Shown piece after piece: positions 8,429 to 17,371 of a DNA stretch of 64,000 bases; the first letter of the stretch is position 1; each line of letters opens with the position of its first letter. The notes beneath the pieces were generated by a model. It was not told where the DNA came from. It searched no databases and saw nothing but the letters and a program-made list of their open reading frames with translations. Source of the stretch: Calditrichota bacterium (lineage in GTDB: Bacteria > Electryoneota > AABM5-125-24 > Hatepunaeales > Hatepunaeaceae); assembly GCA_018644935.1 (NCBI GenBank), contig JABGPL010000002.1, positions 20,139 through 84,138 on the forward strand, in the 5' to 3' direction. Both the position numbers and the translations under genes were made by a program.

Positions 8429-9661
8429 ATGAGGATTTGGGTTCGGTTTTTAGTTCTATTTATTGTTGTAGGGACTTCAGTTATCGGTGGGGATGCTTTC
8501 GCGTTGTCGAGCAAAAATCTCTATGAACTTAAATGCGGCAGGTGTCATGTTGCGTTTGAACCATCGGAGTTCACGGCACAGGAATGGCCGGGTATTGTCC
8601 GGTCTATGAAAGCTCAGGCTGCACTGACCGCTTCGGAAACTCAAGAGATAACGGAATATCTCGTTAATGCAAGCCAGGGTGAAGACTCAGAACACTCTGG
8701 AAACCGCCCAAGCTTTGGCGGGTATTTGTATACTGAATATTTCCAGTCTCCAAAAAAAATCAAGAACTTCGATATACATTATCTGGCTTTTCACATATCC
8801 GGCTGGGCAAGTGATAATATATCCTATTTTGGTGAGTTTGAGCTTGAACATGGTGGTAAAGGTGAAGATACTTTTGTCGAGCAGGCATTTCTCGACTGGT
8901 GGGTCAGACCGACAACAGCTGTAAAGATCGGTGCAATGCTGACACCGTTCAACCGCTTCGATGAATTCCACGATCCACTGATGAATTACCTCATTACCCG
9001 TCCACAGGTTTCGCGCGAACTCGGTGTGAGTGCGTGGAAAGAGGTTGGTGTTGACCTGCACGGATATTTCAATATTGCAGATACTGGCGTTCTATCTTAC
9101 GACCTATATACGATAAATGGTCTTGGGGAAGGTGATAATTTACGTAAGAGCCGTCAATACCGTGACAATAATGAGTCGAGGGCTTTCGGGGGAAGAGTTA
9201 ACTACGTCTTCAAGGACATGCTTGAGGCTGGAGCATCAATGTATCAGGGTGCCTGGGACGATGAAGCCGACTACAACTTGTCGATGTTTGGCGCGCATCT
9301 GATGATGCAGACTCCATTTGCGGAAATATTCGGTGAATATACCCAGGCAACCTCCGAAAACCCCGGTGATGTCGGTGACGGCGAAATGTCCGGATATTTC
9401 ATTCAAGCTTCACGACTGTTCAATGGCGCATATCGCCCGACTGTTCGCTACGGCATGCTGGATTACCTCGACGAAGGCGACAAACGCGGTCGCGATTCCG
9501 ACAATGGCAACAAGGATTTAACAGAACTGGCATTAGGTTTGTCTTACTATCCGACATCCAAAGTCGCTTTCAAATTTGAATATACGATATTCACCGAGGG
9601 CGACCGGATGGAAGAAGTTGACAACAATCAGATTGGGCTTCAGGCGGCGGTGAAGTTTTAG
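8429..9661 (+). CDS. Outer-membrane beta-barrel (porin-like) protein with an N-terminal CxxCH heme-binding motif
   Basis: Signal peptide. A single CGRCH motif sits within a ~70-aa N-terminal domain (ELKCGRCHVAFEPSEFTAQEWPGIVRSMKAQA). It is followed by ~330 aa of alternating hydrophobic pattern rich in Y/G/D and ending in a C-terminal Phe (AAVKF), as in OM beta-barrels. Confidence 0.45.
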   Translation: MRIWVRFLVLFIVVGTSVIGGDAFALSSKNLYELKCGRCHVAFEPSEFTAQEWPGIVRSMKAQAALTASETQEITEYLVNASQGEDSEHSGNRPSFGGYLYTEYFQSPKKIKNFDIHYLAFHISGWASDNISYFGEFELEHGGKGEDTFVEQAFLDWWVRPTTAVKIGAMLTPFNRFDEFHDPLMNYLITRPQVSRELGVSAWKEVGVDLHGYFNIADTGVLSYDLYTINGLGEGDNLRKSRQYRDNNESRAFGGRVNYVFKDMLEAGASMYQGAWDDEADYNLSMFGAHLMMQTPFAEIFGEYTQATSENPGDVGDGEMSGYFIQASRLFNGAYRPTVRYGMLDYLDEGDKRGRDSDNGNKDLTELALGLSYYPTSKVAFKFEYTIFTEGDRMEEVDNNQIGLQAAVKF

Positions 9662-9896
9662 ATTTTGAACCTGTGCTGGGGGAGTATAATTATTCTCCTC
9701 TGTGCAATTTTTATGTTCACAATTTCAAGGTGATTTATGATCGCCTTGAAATTGTCTCCTCTTTCCATAGTGTCGTCAAATTGGAGCGACCTGTTTCAAA
9801 TCCCCAAAAATAGTCTCTATCTATACGCCTCTATAGACATGCCTTCTATTTAAGATTATATTTAGAAAGCTATGTGTTTTTATGGTTTAACTTGAA

Positions 9897-12764
9897 GTGA
9901 GAATTGTCATGCTAAAAAGAACTCTATTTTTCGCCGTGATTATAGCAATCACAGCATCCCAAGTGCTTGCCCTAAACTTTGATCCCCCCTTAAATGAGGG
10001 GGTTGAGTTCCCCGTTACGAGAGTTGACGAAGTTAGTGAGGTCGTAATGATGGTTATGGAAAACGATGATCGTCGGCCTTCAAGAATTTTGTTCGGAGAA
10101 TTTCAAAATCAGGTATTCAGTGTTAATCCAGCACAATTTCAAATTGAGCCAGGTCAGCGGATTGAGGTAACTTTCACATTTGAACCTCGAGAGGGTGGAG
10201 TGGTAGAGGAAAGGGCCAGGGTTACAATTGCGACAGCGAACGGGAATATGGAAGTGAGGGAGTACCCGATTAGCGGTGAAGGATTTGCCGGTTTTCCTGA
10301 AATTCGAGTTGACCCAATGGATATTGAGTTGGCACTTGGTGCACTGGGTGAGCATGTTGAAGAGATCGTGTCTATTTCAAATGGTGGACTTGCGGATCTG
10401 GAATTTCAGATTGAATTAGATGAAGATGTTGAATGGCTATATGTTGAGCCAATGCAGAGTGTTGTTGAACCTGATGAAAGGATGGAACTGACTGTATCCA
10501 CCACAGATTTTGTGCCGGCGCAGGGGGAGTACTTAACCAGAATCCGTATCCACTCAAACGATCCTGAACAGGAATTAGTTGAAATGACAGTGCAGTTTAG
10601 TGTGGGTTTTGAACCGACACTGACATTAGATCCGGGTATGATCGAAGAACAACTCGGCATAGATGCAAATGTAGAGATCGCCATTGAAGCAACAAACACA
10701 GGCGATGCGGAATTAGCGTTTAATATTGAGCGGAAACTTATCGGAGATCAAAACGCCGCCCCGTGGGATGAAAGATATAATGTGAATTATCAGGAACACC
10801 TGGAAGACAATGGTTTGCAGGGAGTGGTATTTGCTGAAGGTTCCTTTTTCGTAGCCAGTTCAAATGGAAATGGTGAAAGGGGGAAGATCTACGAGTTAAC
10901 ACCCGAGGGTGAGGTCGTAAATGAGTTCGACCAGTTTGTCAATTCCCGTTATGGAATGCGTGATTTAGCCTATGATGGAAATCTGATGTGGGGTTTGGAT
11001 AGTGGTGTTCTATATGGATTTACCACTGCAGGTGAATTGGAAACAACAATTGAAGTTCCCGATAATCTCAGTGTCAGATGTCTCGCATATGATCCGGACA
11101 ACTCCATTTTCTGGCTAGGCAATATCACAAATGACTTTTTCGCAGTCGATCTTGAAGGAAACTTGATTCGAACCGTAGACAGAAACCGGGAACTCCGAGC
11201 ATATGGACTGGCGTACTGGGGGGATGATCCGGATGGTTATTGCCTTTATGCAACAACTCCCGGGGTTGAGCAGGACATTACCATTAGTAAAATCAACACC
11301 GAAAATGGGGACTTTGAAATTGTTACCGAATTATCCTGCGGAAGTACTCGTCCGAGTGGGATAGCCATCACGAATAGATTTGATGCACTAAGTTGGGTGT
11401 TGGTCGCTCTTGTTCAGACTCCGGATCGCGTAGCAGTTTGGCAGCTCGACTCCAATCTCGACTGGTTTACCATTGAACCGGAAAATGCTGCGCTTGAAGC
11501 AGGAGATTCGCAAGACCTTACTGTCACATTAAATACAACTGGACTTCCGGAGGGCGAGTTTGAAGCTCAGTTCGTCCTCACTTTGGACAACGCCGGTGGT
11601 CAGGTAATTCTGCCAGTTGCCCTTACTGTTCAGGCTGGTGGAGTTCAGGAACGGGTAATTGAATTGAATGTAGGATGGAATATGGTTTCAACTAATGTCG
11701 TCCTTGAGGATGATGATATTTTTGTAATTATGAGTGAACTGGTTGAAGCTGAGCAACTTCTCCTAATGAAAGATGGATCAGGAAGATTCTACAGCCCTGC
11801 ATTTGGTTTTAACAATATTCCCGGTTGGGATGTTGCATCGGGGTATTTGATTAAAATGAACGATCCAAGCGAGCTCACTTTAACCGGAATGCCTGTTATG
11901 TTCGATGAGCCTATTGATCTCGTGGAAGGTTGGAATATGACTGCATATTATCCGCGTGTACCTGTGGCTGATATGATTGCATTATTCGGAATTGTCGACC
12001 AGCTTATCATGGCAAAGGATGGGGCGGGACGATTTTACTCCGTCGATTTCAATTTCAGCAACATGGGTGACATGGTAGAAGGGAGCGGTTACCAGATAAA
12101 GGTCGAAGAGGATGTGGTGCTGATCTATCGACTCGAAGAGGAGGGTCAGCTAAACATGACTTCACCTCTGAGATCAGAAAATGATCTCCTAAGGCTATCT
12201 GACTCAAACATGAGTGTATTGGTATACTGTGAAAGTTCCTATTCAGGCAGTGTGAGCGCGTATTCGGGTGACTTGTTGGTGGGTACTGGTGAAGTAGTAA
12301 ACGGAACAGGCGGATTGGCAGTCTGGGGTGATGACCCAACTACACCAGAGAAAGAAGGTCTTAAGACCGGTGAATCATTTGAACTCAGGTTCGGAAATCA
12401 ATCCAGTTTCAAATCATATGAAACCTTACAGGGAAATGGATTGATATACGAGACCAATGCATTTACCGCCCTGAAGATAGAACAAAACCAGAACCTCCCC
12501 CAGGATTACTATCTATCCGAAACCTACCCAAACCCGTTCAACAACCGCACAACAATAAGCTACGGATTGCCGGAATCGGGTGAGGTTTCCATAGGCATTT
12601 TCGACCTGAACGGCAGATCAGTAGAAACCTTACTGAACCAGCAGATCACAGCCGGTCACCACTCAATTACCTGGAATGCTGAAGACATGGGATCAGGGAC
12701 TTATCTGGTTAAGATGCAGGCTGGTGAGTTTAGCAACATCAGAAAAGTTGTTATGATCAAATAA
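9897..12764 (+). CDS. Large secreted protein (955 aa) with T9SS C-terminal sorting domain
   Basis: Signal peptide MLKRTLFFAVIIAITASQVLA. C-terminus YPNPFNNRTTISYGLPESGEVSIGIFDLNGRSVETL...GTYLVKMQAG matches the T9SS CTD. Confidence 0.6.
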   Translation: MRIVMLKRTLFFAVIIAITASQVLALNFDPPLNEGVEFPVTRVDEVSEVVMMVMENDDRRPSRILFGEFQNQVFSVNPAQFQIEPGQRIEVTFTFEPREGGVVEERARVTIATANGNMEVREYPISGEGFAGFPEIRVDPMDIELALGALGEHVEEIVSISNGGLADLEFQIELDEDVEWLYVEPMQSVVEPDERMELTVSTTDFVPAQGEYLTRIRIHSNDPEQELVEMTVQFSVGFEPTLTLDPGMIEEQLGIDANVEIAIEATNTGDAELAFNIERKLIGDQNAAPWDERYNVNYQEHLEDNGLQGVVFAEGSFFVASSNGNGERGKIYELTPEGEVVNEFDQFVNSRYGMRDLAYDGNLMWGLDSGVLYGFTTAGELETTIEVPDNLSVRCLAYDPDNSIFWLGNITNDFFAVDLEGNLIRTVDRNRELRAYGLAYWGDDPDGYCLYATTPGVEQDITISKINTENGDFEIVTELSCGSTRPSGIAITNRFDALSWVLVALVQTPDRVAVWQLDSNLDWFTIEPENAALEAGDSQDLTVTLNTTGLPEGEFEAQFVLTLDNAGGQVILPVALTVQAGGVQERVIELNVGWNMVSTNVVLEDDDIFVIMSELVEAEQLLLMKDGSGRFYSPAFGFNNIPGWDVASGYLIKMNDPSELTLTGMPVMFDEPIDLVEGWNMTAYYPRVPVADMIALFGIVDQLIMAKDGAGRFYSVDFNFSNMGDMVEGSGYQIKVEEDVVLIYRLEEEGQLNMTSPLRSENDLLRLSDSNMSVLVYCESSYSGSVSAYSGDLLVGTGEVVNGTGGLAVWGDDPTTPEKEGLKTGESFELRFGNQSSFKSYETLQGNGLIYETNAFTALKIEQNQNLPQDYYLSETYPNPFNNRTTISYGLPESGEVSIGIFDLNGRSVETLLNQQITAGHHSITWNAEDMGSGTYLVKMQAGEFSNIRKVVMIK

Positions 12765-12776
12765 CTTCCTTATATT

Positions 12777-12799
12777 CCCCCCTGCTATCGCAGGGGGGG
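12777..12799 (+). terminator. GC-rich hairpin (cccccctgc-tatc-gcaggggggg) just after the stop of the 955-aa CDS
   Basis: 9-bp perfect stem read directly. No clean T-run follows. Confidence 0.4.
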
Positions 12800-12849
12800 A
12801 ACGAAAGGGGGGGGCTTACCCTCAACAGACGACAGATCGCGCAATGTAT

Positions 12850-12881
12850 GGGCGATTCACGAATCGCCCTTTCTCTCTCCG
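12850..12881 (+). terminator. Rho-independent terminator (gggcgattc-acg-gaatcgccc followed by tttctctctcc)
   Basis: 9-bp stem plus a T-rich tail. Second of two tandem hairpins after the 955-aa CDS. Confidence 0.55.
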
Positions 12882-12984
12882 AATTTCACTTAACATCACC
12901 TCAACTCCCATCTCTCCCTTGAATTCCACCTTTTCAAGATTATATTGACTTTTGTATGACTTCATCAGCAAAATTTCTAATAAC

Positions 12985-13012
12985 TACGGCCGACAAAACC
13001 GCAGACGCAAGG
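12985..13012. repeat. REP hairpin (GCAGACGCAAGGCATTGCGTCTGTACAG), 38 bp upstream of the RAYT gene
   Basis: 8-bp stem agacgcaa/ttgcgtct with a 4-nt loop, flanked by GTAC. Same unit as the REPs at 13382, 13425, 13784 and 13828. Confidence 0.6.
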
Positions 13013-13050
13013 CATTGCGTCTGTACAGATAATGAATAGTGTAGTTACGG

Positions 13051-13704
13051 ATGACAGAAAAATACAAAAATAAATACAGAATTTCATCCGCTCGTTTAAA
13101 TGGCTGGGATTATGGTTGGGTAGCAGCTTATTTTGTTACCCTCTGCACCAAAAAACAAGAGCATTATTTTGGAAGAGTCGTTCGAGATGAAATGCAATTG
13201 TCATTAATCGGAAGAATCGTCTATGCCGAATGGATGAAAACTCCCACTATCCGTCCGGACATGAATTTAGAATTAGGGGAATTCGTGGTGATGCCGAATC
13301 ATTTTCACGCTGTTATTTTTATTGGAGATAATGAATTTAATCGGCATCCTGATCATTCAACTACAATACCCGCCAAAGAGTGTACAGACGCAATGCCTTG
13401 CGTCTCAATTTCCGCAAAAGAGCTCAGAGACGCAAAGCATTGCGTCTGTACATGGCAGAAAAACTCTGTTGAAACAGAATTCAAAAACTTATTTGCAGCT
13501 CAGTCAAAAAATCTGGCATCAATCATCCGCGGATTTAAAGCATCGGTAACAATAAATGCCCGTCGATTAACATCGGATTTCGGCTGGCAAGCTAGATTTC
13601 ATGATCACATAATCCGAAATGAGAAATCGTTCGCGAAGATTTTGGAATATATAAAATATAATCCATTAACATGGGAAAAAGACAAATTTAACAAAATGGG
13701 ATAA
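13051..13704 (+). CDS. REP-associated tyrosine transposase (RAYT; IS200/Y1 HuH family) carrying an in-frame REP-doublet insertion
   Basis: N-terminus YRISSARLNGWDYGWVAAYFVTLCTK is typical of Y1_Tnp/RAYT proteins. HuH motif MPNHFHAVIFI. C-terminal ...WQARFHDHIIRNEKSFAKILEYIKYNPLTW contains candidate catalytic Tyr. 217 aa against ~150-170 usual; the extra ~29 aa (IPAKECTDAMPCVSISAKELRDAKHCVCTW) are encoded by a REP doublet. Confidence 0.7.
   Translation: MTEKYKNKYRISSARLNGWDYGWVAAYFVTLCTKKQEHYFGRVVRDEMQLSLIGRIVYAEWMKTPTIRPDMNLELGEFVVMPNHFHAVIFIGDNEFNRHPDHSTTIPAKECTDAMPCVSISAKELRDAKHCVCTWQKNSVETEFKNLFAAQSKNLASIIRGFKASVTINARRLTSDFGWQARFHDHIIRNEKSFAKILEYIKYNPLTWEKDKFNKMG
13366..13452. repeat. REP doublet (inverted pair of REP hairpins) located inside the RAYT coding sequence, in frame
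   Basis: ~87 bp, nearly identical to the doublet at 13768-13856, including the flanking cccgyCAAAGAGTGTACAG and internal ...ttccrcaaaagarctcagag. The ORF remains open across it. Confidence 0.6.
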
Positions 13705-13767
13705 AAATCCCTGTAGTATGAGAATTGGCTGAAGAAACATAATAATCCAAATTGATCTTGCACATTA

Positions 13768-13856
13768 AATGCCCGTCAAAGAGTGTACAGACGCAATGCC
13801 TTGCGTCTCATAATTCCACCAAAGAACTCAGAGACGCAATGCTTTGCGTCTGTACA
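13768..13856. repeat. REP doublet 3' of the RAYT gene
   Basis: GTACAGACGCAATGCCTTGCGTCT ... CAGAGACGCAATGCTTTGCGTCTGTACAG; two hairpins in inverted orientation. Confidence 0.65.
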
Positions 13857-13897
13857 GATTCAATATCTCTCGGTTGCTGCTTTATCCTATATCAAAC

Positions 13898-16800
13898 CTA
13901 CCTGACCGCATAATACTTCCCTTCCTGATGATGAAACACAACCGCAGAAACCGAGCTTTCCGGACTCATCATCATACCTTCGGTCAGTGAAACACCTATG
14001 CGTTCTGGTTTTAGGAGGTCGAACAATGGGCGTTGGTCAGCGAGGTCGGGGCACGCGGGGTAGCCGAAGGATAGGCGAATGCCTCTGTATTTGGTTTTGA
14101 ACTGGTAGTCGAGATCGGTATCCTGCGGATCGGGGATTCCCCACTCCCGGCGCATTCTTATATGTACCCACTCGGCGGTGGCTTCGGCGAGTTCGATGGC
14201 TACAGCCTGCAGGATCATTGAGTCGAGTAACCTGCCCTCGGCTCGCATTTCTGCGGCGCGATCAATAGTGTCTGTTCCTGATGTAGTTACGAATAGACCA
14301 ATGGAGTCTCCGCCCAATCGTGGTGGACGAAGCCAATCTGCTGCACAGGTGCCTGTGTCTCCCTTTTCACGGGGGAAATTGAAGGTTACAGTGTCTATTG
14401 ATCCCGGGACAGTGACTTTGATTATATCGGTGCCGGGGCTTGCCGGGAACCAGCGGTAGAGTGCTCGGGGGGAAAGAATTCCCGCTTTTCGACCTTCCGC
14501 TGCAACCGTTTTTATCCGTTTCTGGAGGTCAATCAGCTTTGTGTCGTTCGGGTCTTTCATTCTTGCTTTTAACTTCGTGACACCGAGGTGTTTTCCGAGC
14601 AGCATCTGGGGGTTGATCAGGTCAAAGACTTCGTCAAAGGGGAGCTCCTTAAGGATGTGCTCTTCGTAATCGGGTGGTTCGGGCACTTCGCTTTCTATCC
14701 ACACGGAGGAGACAGGCTCTTTCTTTGCTTGAGGTTTCGCTGGTTTTACAGCTTTCGCTTTTTCCGTCCGTTTTACTGCATCAGCTTGTTGTTGAGTGAT
14801 TAACTCTGCGAGTTTTTCCGGCACAACTATTTTATTAGCCAGACCCAGCCCCTGCATTGCGTCGGATGCGTAGAAGGTCGGGGATTCATATGCGGGAGCT
14901 ATCTGGGTTTCAACAAATTTTTTAGTTAATGCAGCTCCACCGACCAGCATCGGCAGCTTGATCCCGGCAGCATTCAAATCCTCAGCAGTTGCTACCATCT
15001 GATGCGCACTGCGAACAAGTAAACCCGACAGCCCGATCATTGCGGGGTTATGTTCAGCAACAGCTTCAATCAGCTTTGCCGGAGGAACCTTTATCCCAAG
15101 GTTGATGATTTCAAAACCGTTGTTTGACAGTATCATGTCAACGAGGTTCTTGCCAATGTCGTGGACATCCCCTTTGACTGTCGCGATCAACATCTTACCC
15201 TTGATTGCCACTGACTCACCCGGTGGGAAGTACGGGCGGATGAAATCGACGGCGGCTTTCATGACCTCCGCCGATTCGAGAACTTCGGCTACAATAAGAC
15301 GATTATCCCCGAACAGTGTCCCGACCTCATCCATCCCTGCCATGAGTGGTCCGTTAATCAGATCAAGCGGACTCATCTTTTCGAGCATTTCAGCGAGGTT
15401 GATCTCCAGTCCTTCCCGGTTGGCTTCGACAACAGCTCTCGATACCTTCTCAGGAGTGGTAAGTTCTGCCCATTCGTCTTCGGTCGATTGGGGTGATACA
15501 TCCCGGAAGCGTGTGGTGAAATCCATGATTGATTTATTGTCACCGGTCAGGAGAAGGTTTTCTGCCAGTTTTCGGTCTTCGTCAGAAATGGTTGGGTATC
15601 GTTTCAAACCCTCTGTGTTCACGATTGCCAGATCAAGCCCGGCTTTTGCGCATTTATACAGAAAAACGGAGTTGACTACTTCACGACCTGCGGGAGGTAG
15701 TCCGAATGATACATTTGAAATCCCGAGTAATGTCAGGCAGTTTGGGAATCTTTCCTTTATCGCTTTGGTGCCCTGTATGGTTGCTTCGGCTGTGCCGAGA
15801 TATGCAGGATCGCCAGTTGCAGCTGGGAAGACCAGGGGATCAAAGATTATGTCACCTTCGGGAATTCCGAATTCTGTAGTGAGTATTCCATGGATTCTCT
15901 CAGCGATCTCCAGTTTGCGCTCAACTGTCGTCGCCATGCCCTGTTCAGGATCTTCGTCGATAACACCACAGACGAGTGATGCACCATATTTTCGAGCCAG
16001 TTCCGCAACGTAGCGCAGGCGTTTTCCACCATCCTCGAGGTTGACGGAATTTATTGCTGGTTTTCCGCCGATATTCTTCAGCCCGGCTTCGACAACCTTG
16101 GGGTCAGTAGTGTCCATCATTATGGGGACACGTACCTTGCGAAGTAGCGGACGAAGCACTCCTGTAAAATCTTCGAGCTCGTCCCGGTCGGGATTGGCAA
16201 CGCACAGATCAATGACCATTGCGCTCTTCTTAACCTGCTTACGGCCAATTTCGGCAGATGCATCCCATTTTTCCTGTGAGACGAGGCGTTTAAATTTCCG
16301 GCTGCCGATAGTGTTCGTTCTTTCCCCGACGAAAACGGGACGGTTGTCATCTTCAACGACCATTGCCTCAGCTCCAGCAAGGGCAGGAAAACGTCCGTCT
16401 TTAACCGGTATCCTCGGAGGAATGCCACGAATAACTGAGCAAACCGCACTGATATGTTCGTTTGATGTTCCACAACAACCACCGATGATGTTTACAAATC
16501 CGTCGTTGGCAAACCGCTCGATTATTTTGCTGAACACTTCAGGAGTATCTGTATACTTACCCTCTGTATTCGGCAACCCGGCATTGGGCCAAGCGGACAC
16601 AGGGAAACGTGATATCTGTGAAAGTGTTCGCAGGTGGTCTGTCATTGCTGCGGGACCAGTTGCACAGTTTAAGCCGATAGAGAGGAGATCAAAATGGCAG
16701 ATGGAGTGGTATAAAGCCTCGATGTTCTGCCCGGCGAGCATCGTCCCGTTGGGTTCAATGGTCACAGAAACTGAGACAGGAGCTTCGCGATCAAGATCTT

Positions 16801-17368
16801 TCTGAGCTGTCTCAATCCCGAACAATGCTGCTTTCAGGTTAAGCGTATCCTGAGTTGTCTCGAGAAGCAGTATATCGGATCCTCCTTCGAGTAGGCCTGA
16901 AGCATAAATTCGGTATACTTCAACGACTTCATCAAACGTAATTCCACCAGTAACAGTTATCGGTTTGGTTCCTGGTCCCATTGATCCGGTAACAAATACG
17001 CGTTTGTCCATTGCATATTCAGCAACAGCTCGATTTGCCAGTTGTGCGGATTTGCAGGCGATTTCTCTTGAACGCTCAGCAATACCATATTCAGCCAGAA
17101 CTGTTGGCGAGCCGTTGAAGGTGTTGGTGAAGATCAGGTCTGAGCCAGCTTCAATGTATAAGCGATGTAGTTGAACAACCATGTCCGGGGCATGAACATT
17201 AAGCATTTCATTGCACCCGCTGAACTCCTCCCCTCCGAAATCTTCATCTGTCGGATTCATCCATTCGAGGGCGGTTCCGGTGGAACCGTCAGTGGCAAGG
17301 ATTCGCTCTTGTAATAATTGTTTCAGAAGAGCTTTATTTTTGATATCTTCTTGTCGATTAATTGCCAT
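13898..17368 (-). CDS. metH: Cobalamin-dependent methionine synthase
   Basis: 1156 aa. Homocysteine-binding domain (ILATDGSTGTALE...GGCCGT), pterin-binding domain, B12-binding domain (DVHDIGKNLVDMILSNNGFEIINLG) and a C-terminal AdoMet activation domain. Confidence 0.9.
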   Translation of the reverse strand: MAINRQEDIKNKALLKQLLQERILATDGSTGTALEWMNPTDEDFGGEEFSGCNEMLNVHAPDMVVQLHRLYIEAGSDLIFTNTFNGSPTVLAEYGIAERSREIACKSAQLANRAVAEYAMDKRVFVTGSMGPGTKPITVTGGITFDEVVEVYRIYASGLLEGGSDILLLETTQDTLNLKAALFGIETAQKDLDREAPVSVSVTIEPNGTMLAGQNIEALYHSICHFDLLSIGLNCATGPAAMTDHLRTLSQISRFPVSAWPNAGLPNTEGKYTDTPEVFSKIIERFANDGFVNIIGGCCGTSNEHISAVCSVIRGIPPRIPVKDGRFPALAGAEAMVVEDDNRPVFVGERTNTIGSRKFKRLVSQEKWDASAEIGRKQVKKSAMVIDLCVANPDRDELEDFTGVLRPLLRKVRVPIMMDTTDPKVVEAGLKNIGGKPAINSVNLEDGGKRLRYVAELARKYGASLVCGVIDEDPEQGMATTVERKLEIAERIHGILTTEFGIPEGDIIFDPLVFPAATGDPAYLGTAEATIQGTKAIKERFPNCLTLLGISNVSFGLPPAGREVVNSVFLYKCAKAGLDLAIVNTEGLKRYPTISDEDRKLAENLLLTGDNKSIMDFTTRFRDVSPQSTEDEWAELTTPEKVSRAVVEANREGLEINLAEMLEKMSPLDLINGPLMAGMDEVGTLFGDNRLIVAEVLESAEVMKAAVDFIRPYFPPGESVAIKGKMLIATVKGDVHDIGKNLVDMILSNNGFEIINLGIKVPPAKLIEAVAEHNPAMIGLSGLLVRSAHQMVATAEDLNAAGIKLPMLVGGAALTKKFVETQIAPAYESPTFYASDAMQGLGLANKIVVPEKLAELITQQQADAVKRTEKAKAVKPAKPQAKKEPVSSVWIESEVPEPPDYEEHILKELPFDEVFDLINPQMLLGKHLGVTKLKARMKDPNDTKLIDLQKRIKTVAAEGRKAGILSPRALYRWFPASPGTDIIKVTVPGSIDTVTFNFPREKGDTGTCAADWLRPPRLGGDSIGLFVTTSGTDTIDRAAEMRAEGRLLDSMILQAVAIELAEATAEWVHIRMRREWGIPDPQDTDLDYQFKTKYRGIRLSFGYPACPDLADQRPLFDLLKPERIGVSLTEGMMMSPESSVSAVVFHHQEGKYYAVR

Positions 17369-17371
17369 TGT

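Noticed and set aside
15102-16805. Long + strand ORFs (303 aa and 254 aa) inside the metH region
   Set aside because: They are antisense to a well-supported metH CDS. The translations are low-complexity (Ser/Thr/Ala/Arg-rich) with no motifs, which is typical of shadow ORFs opposite a GC-rich gene.
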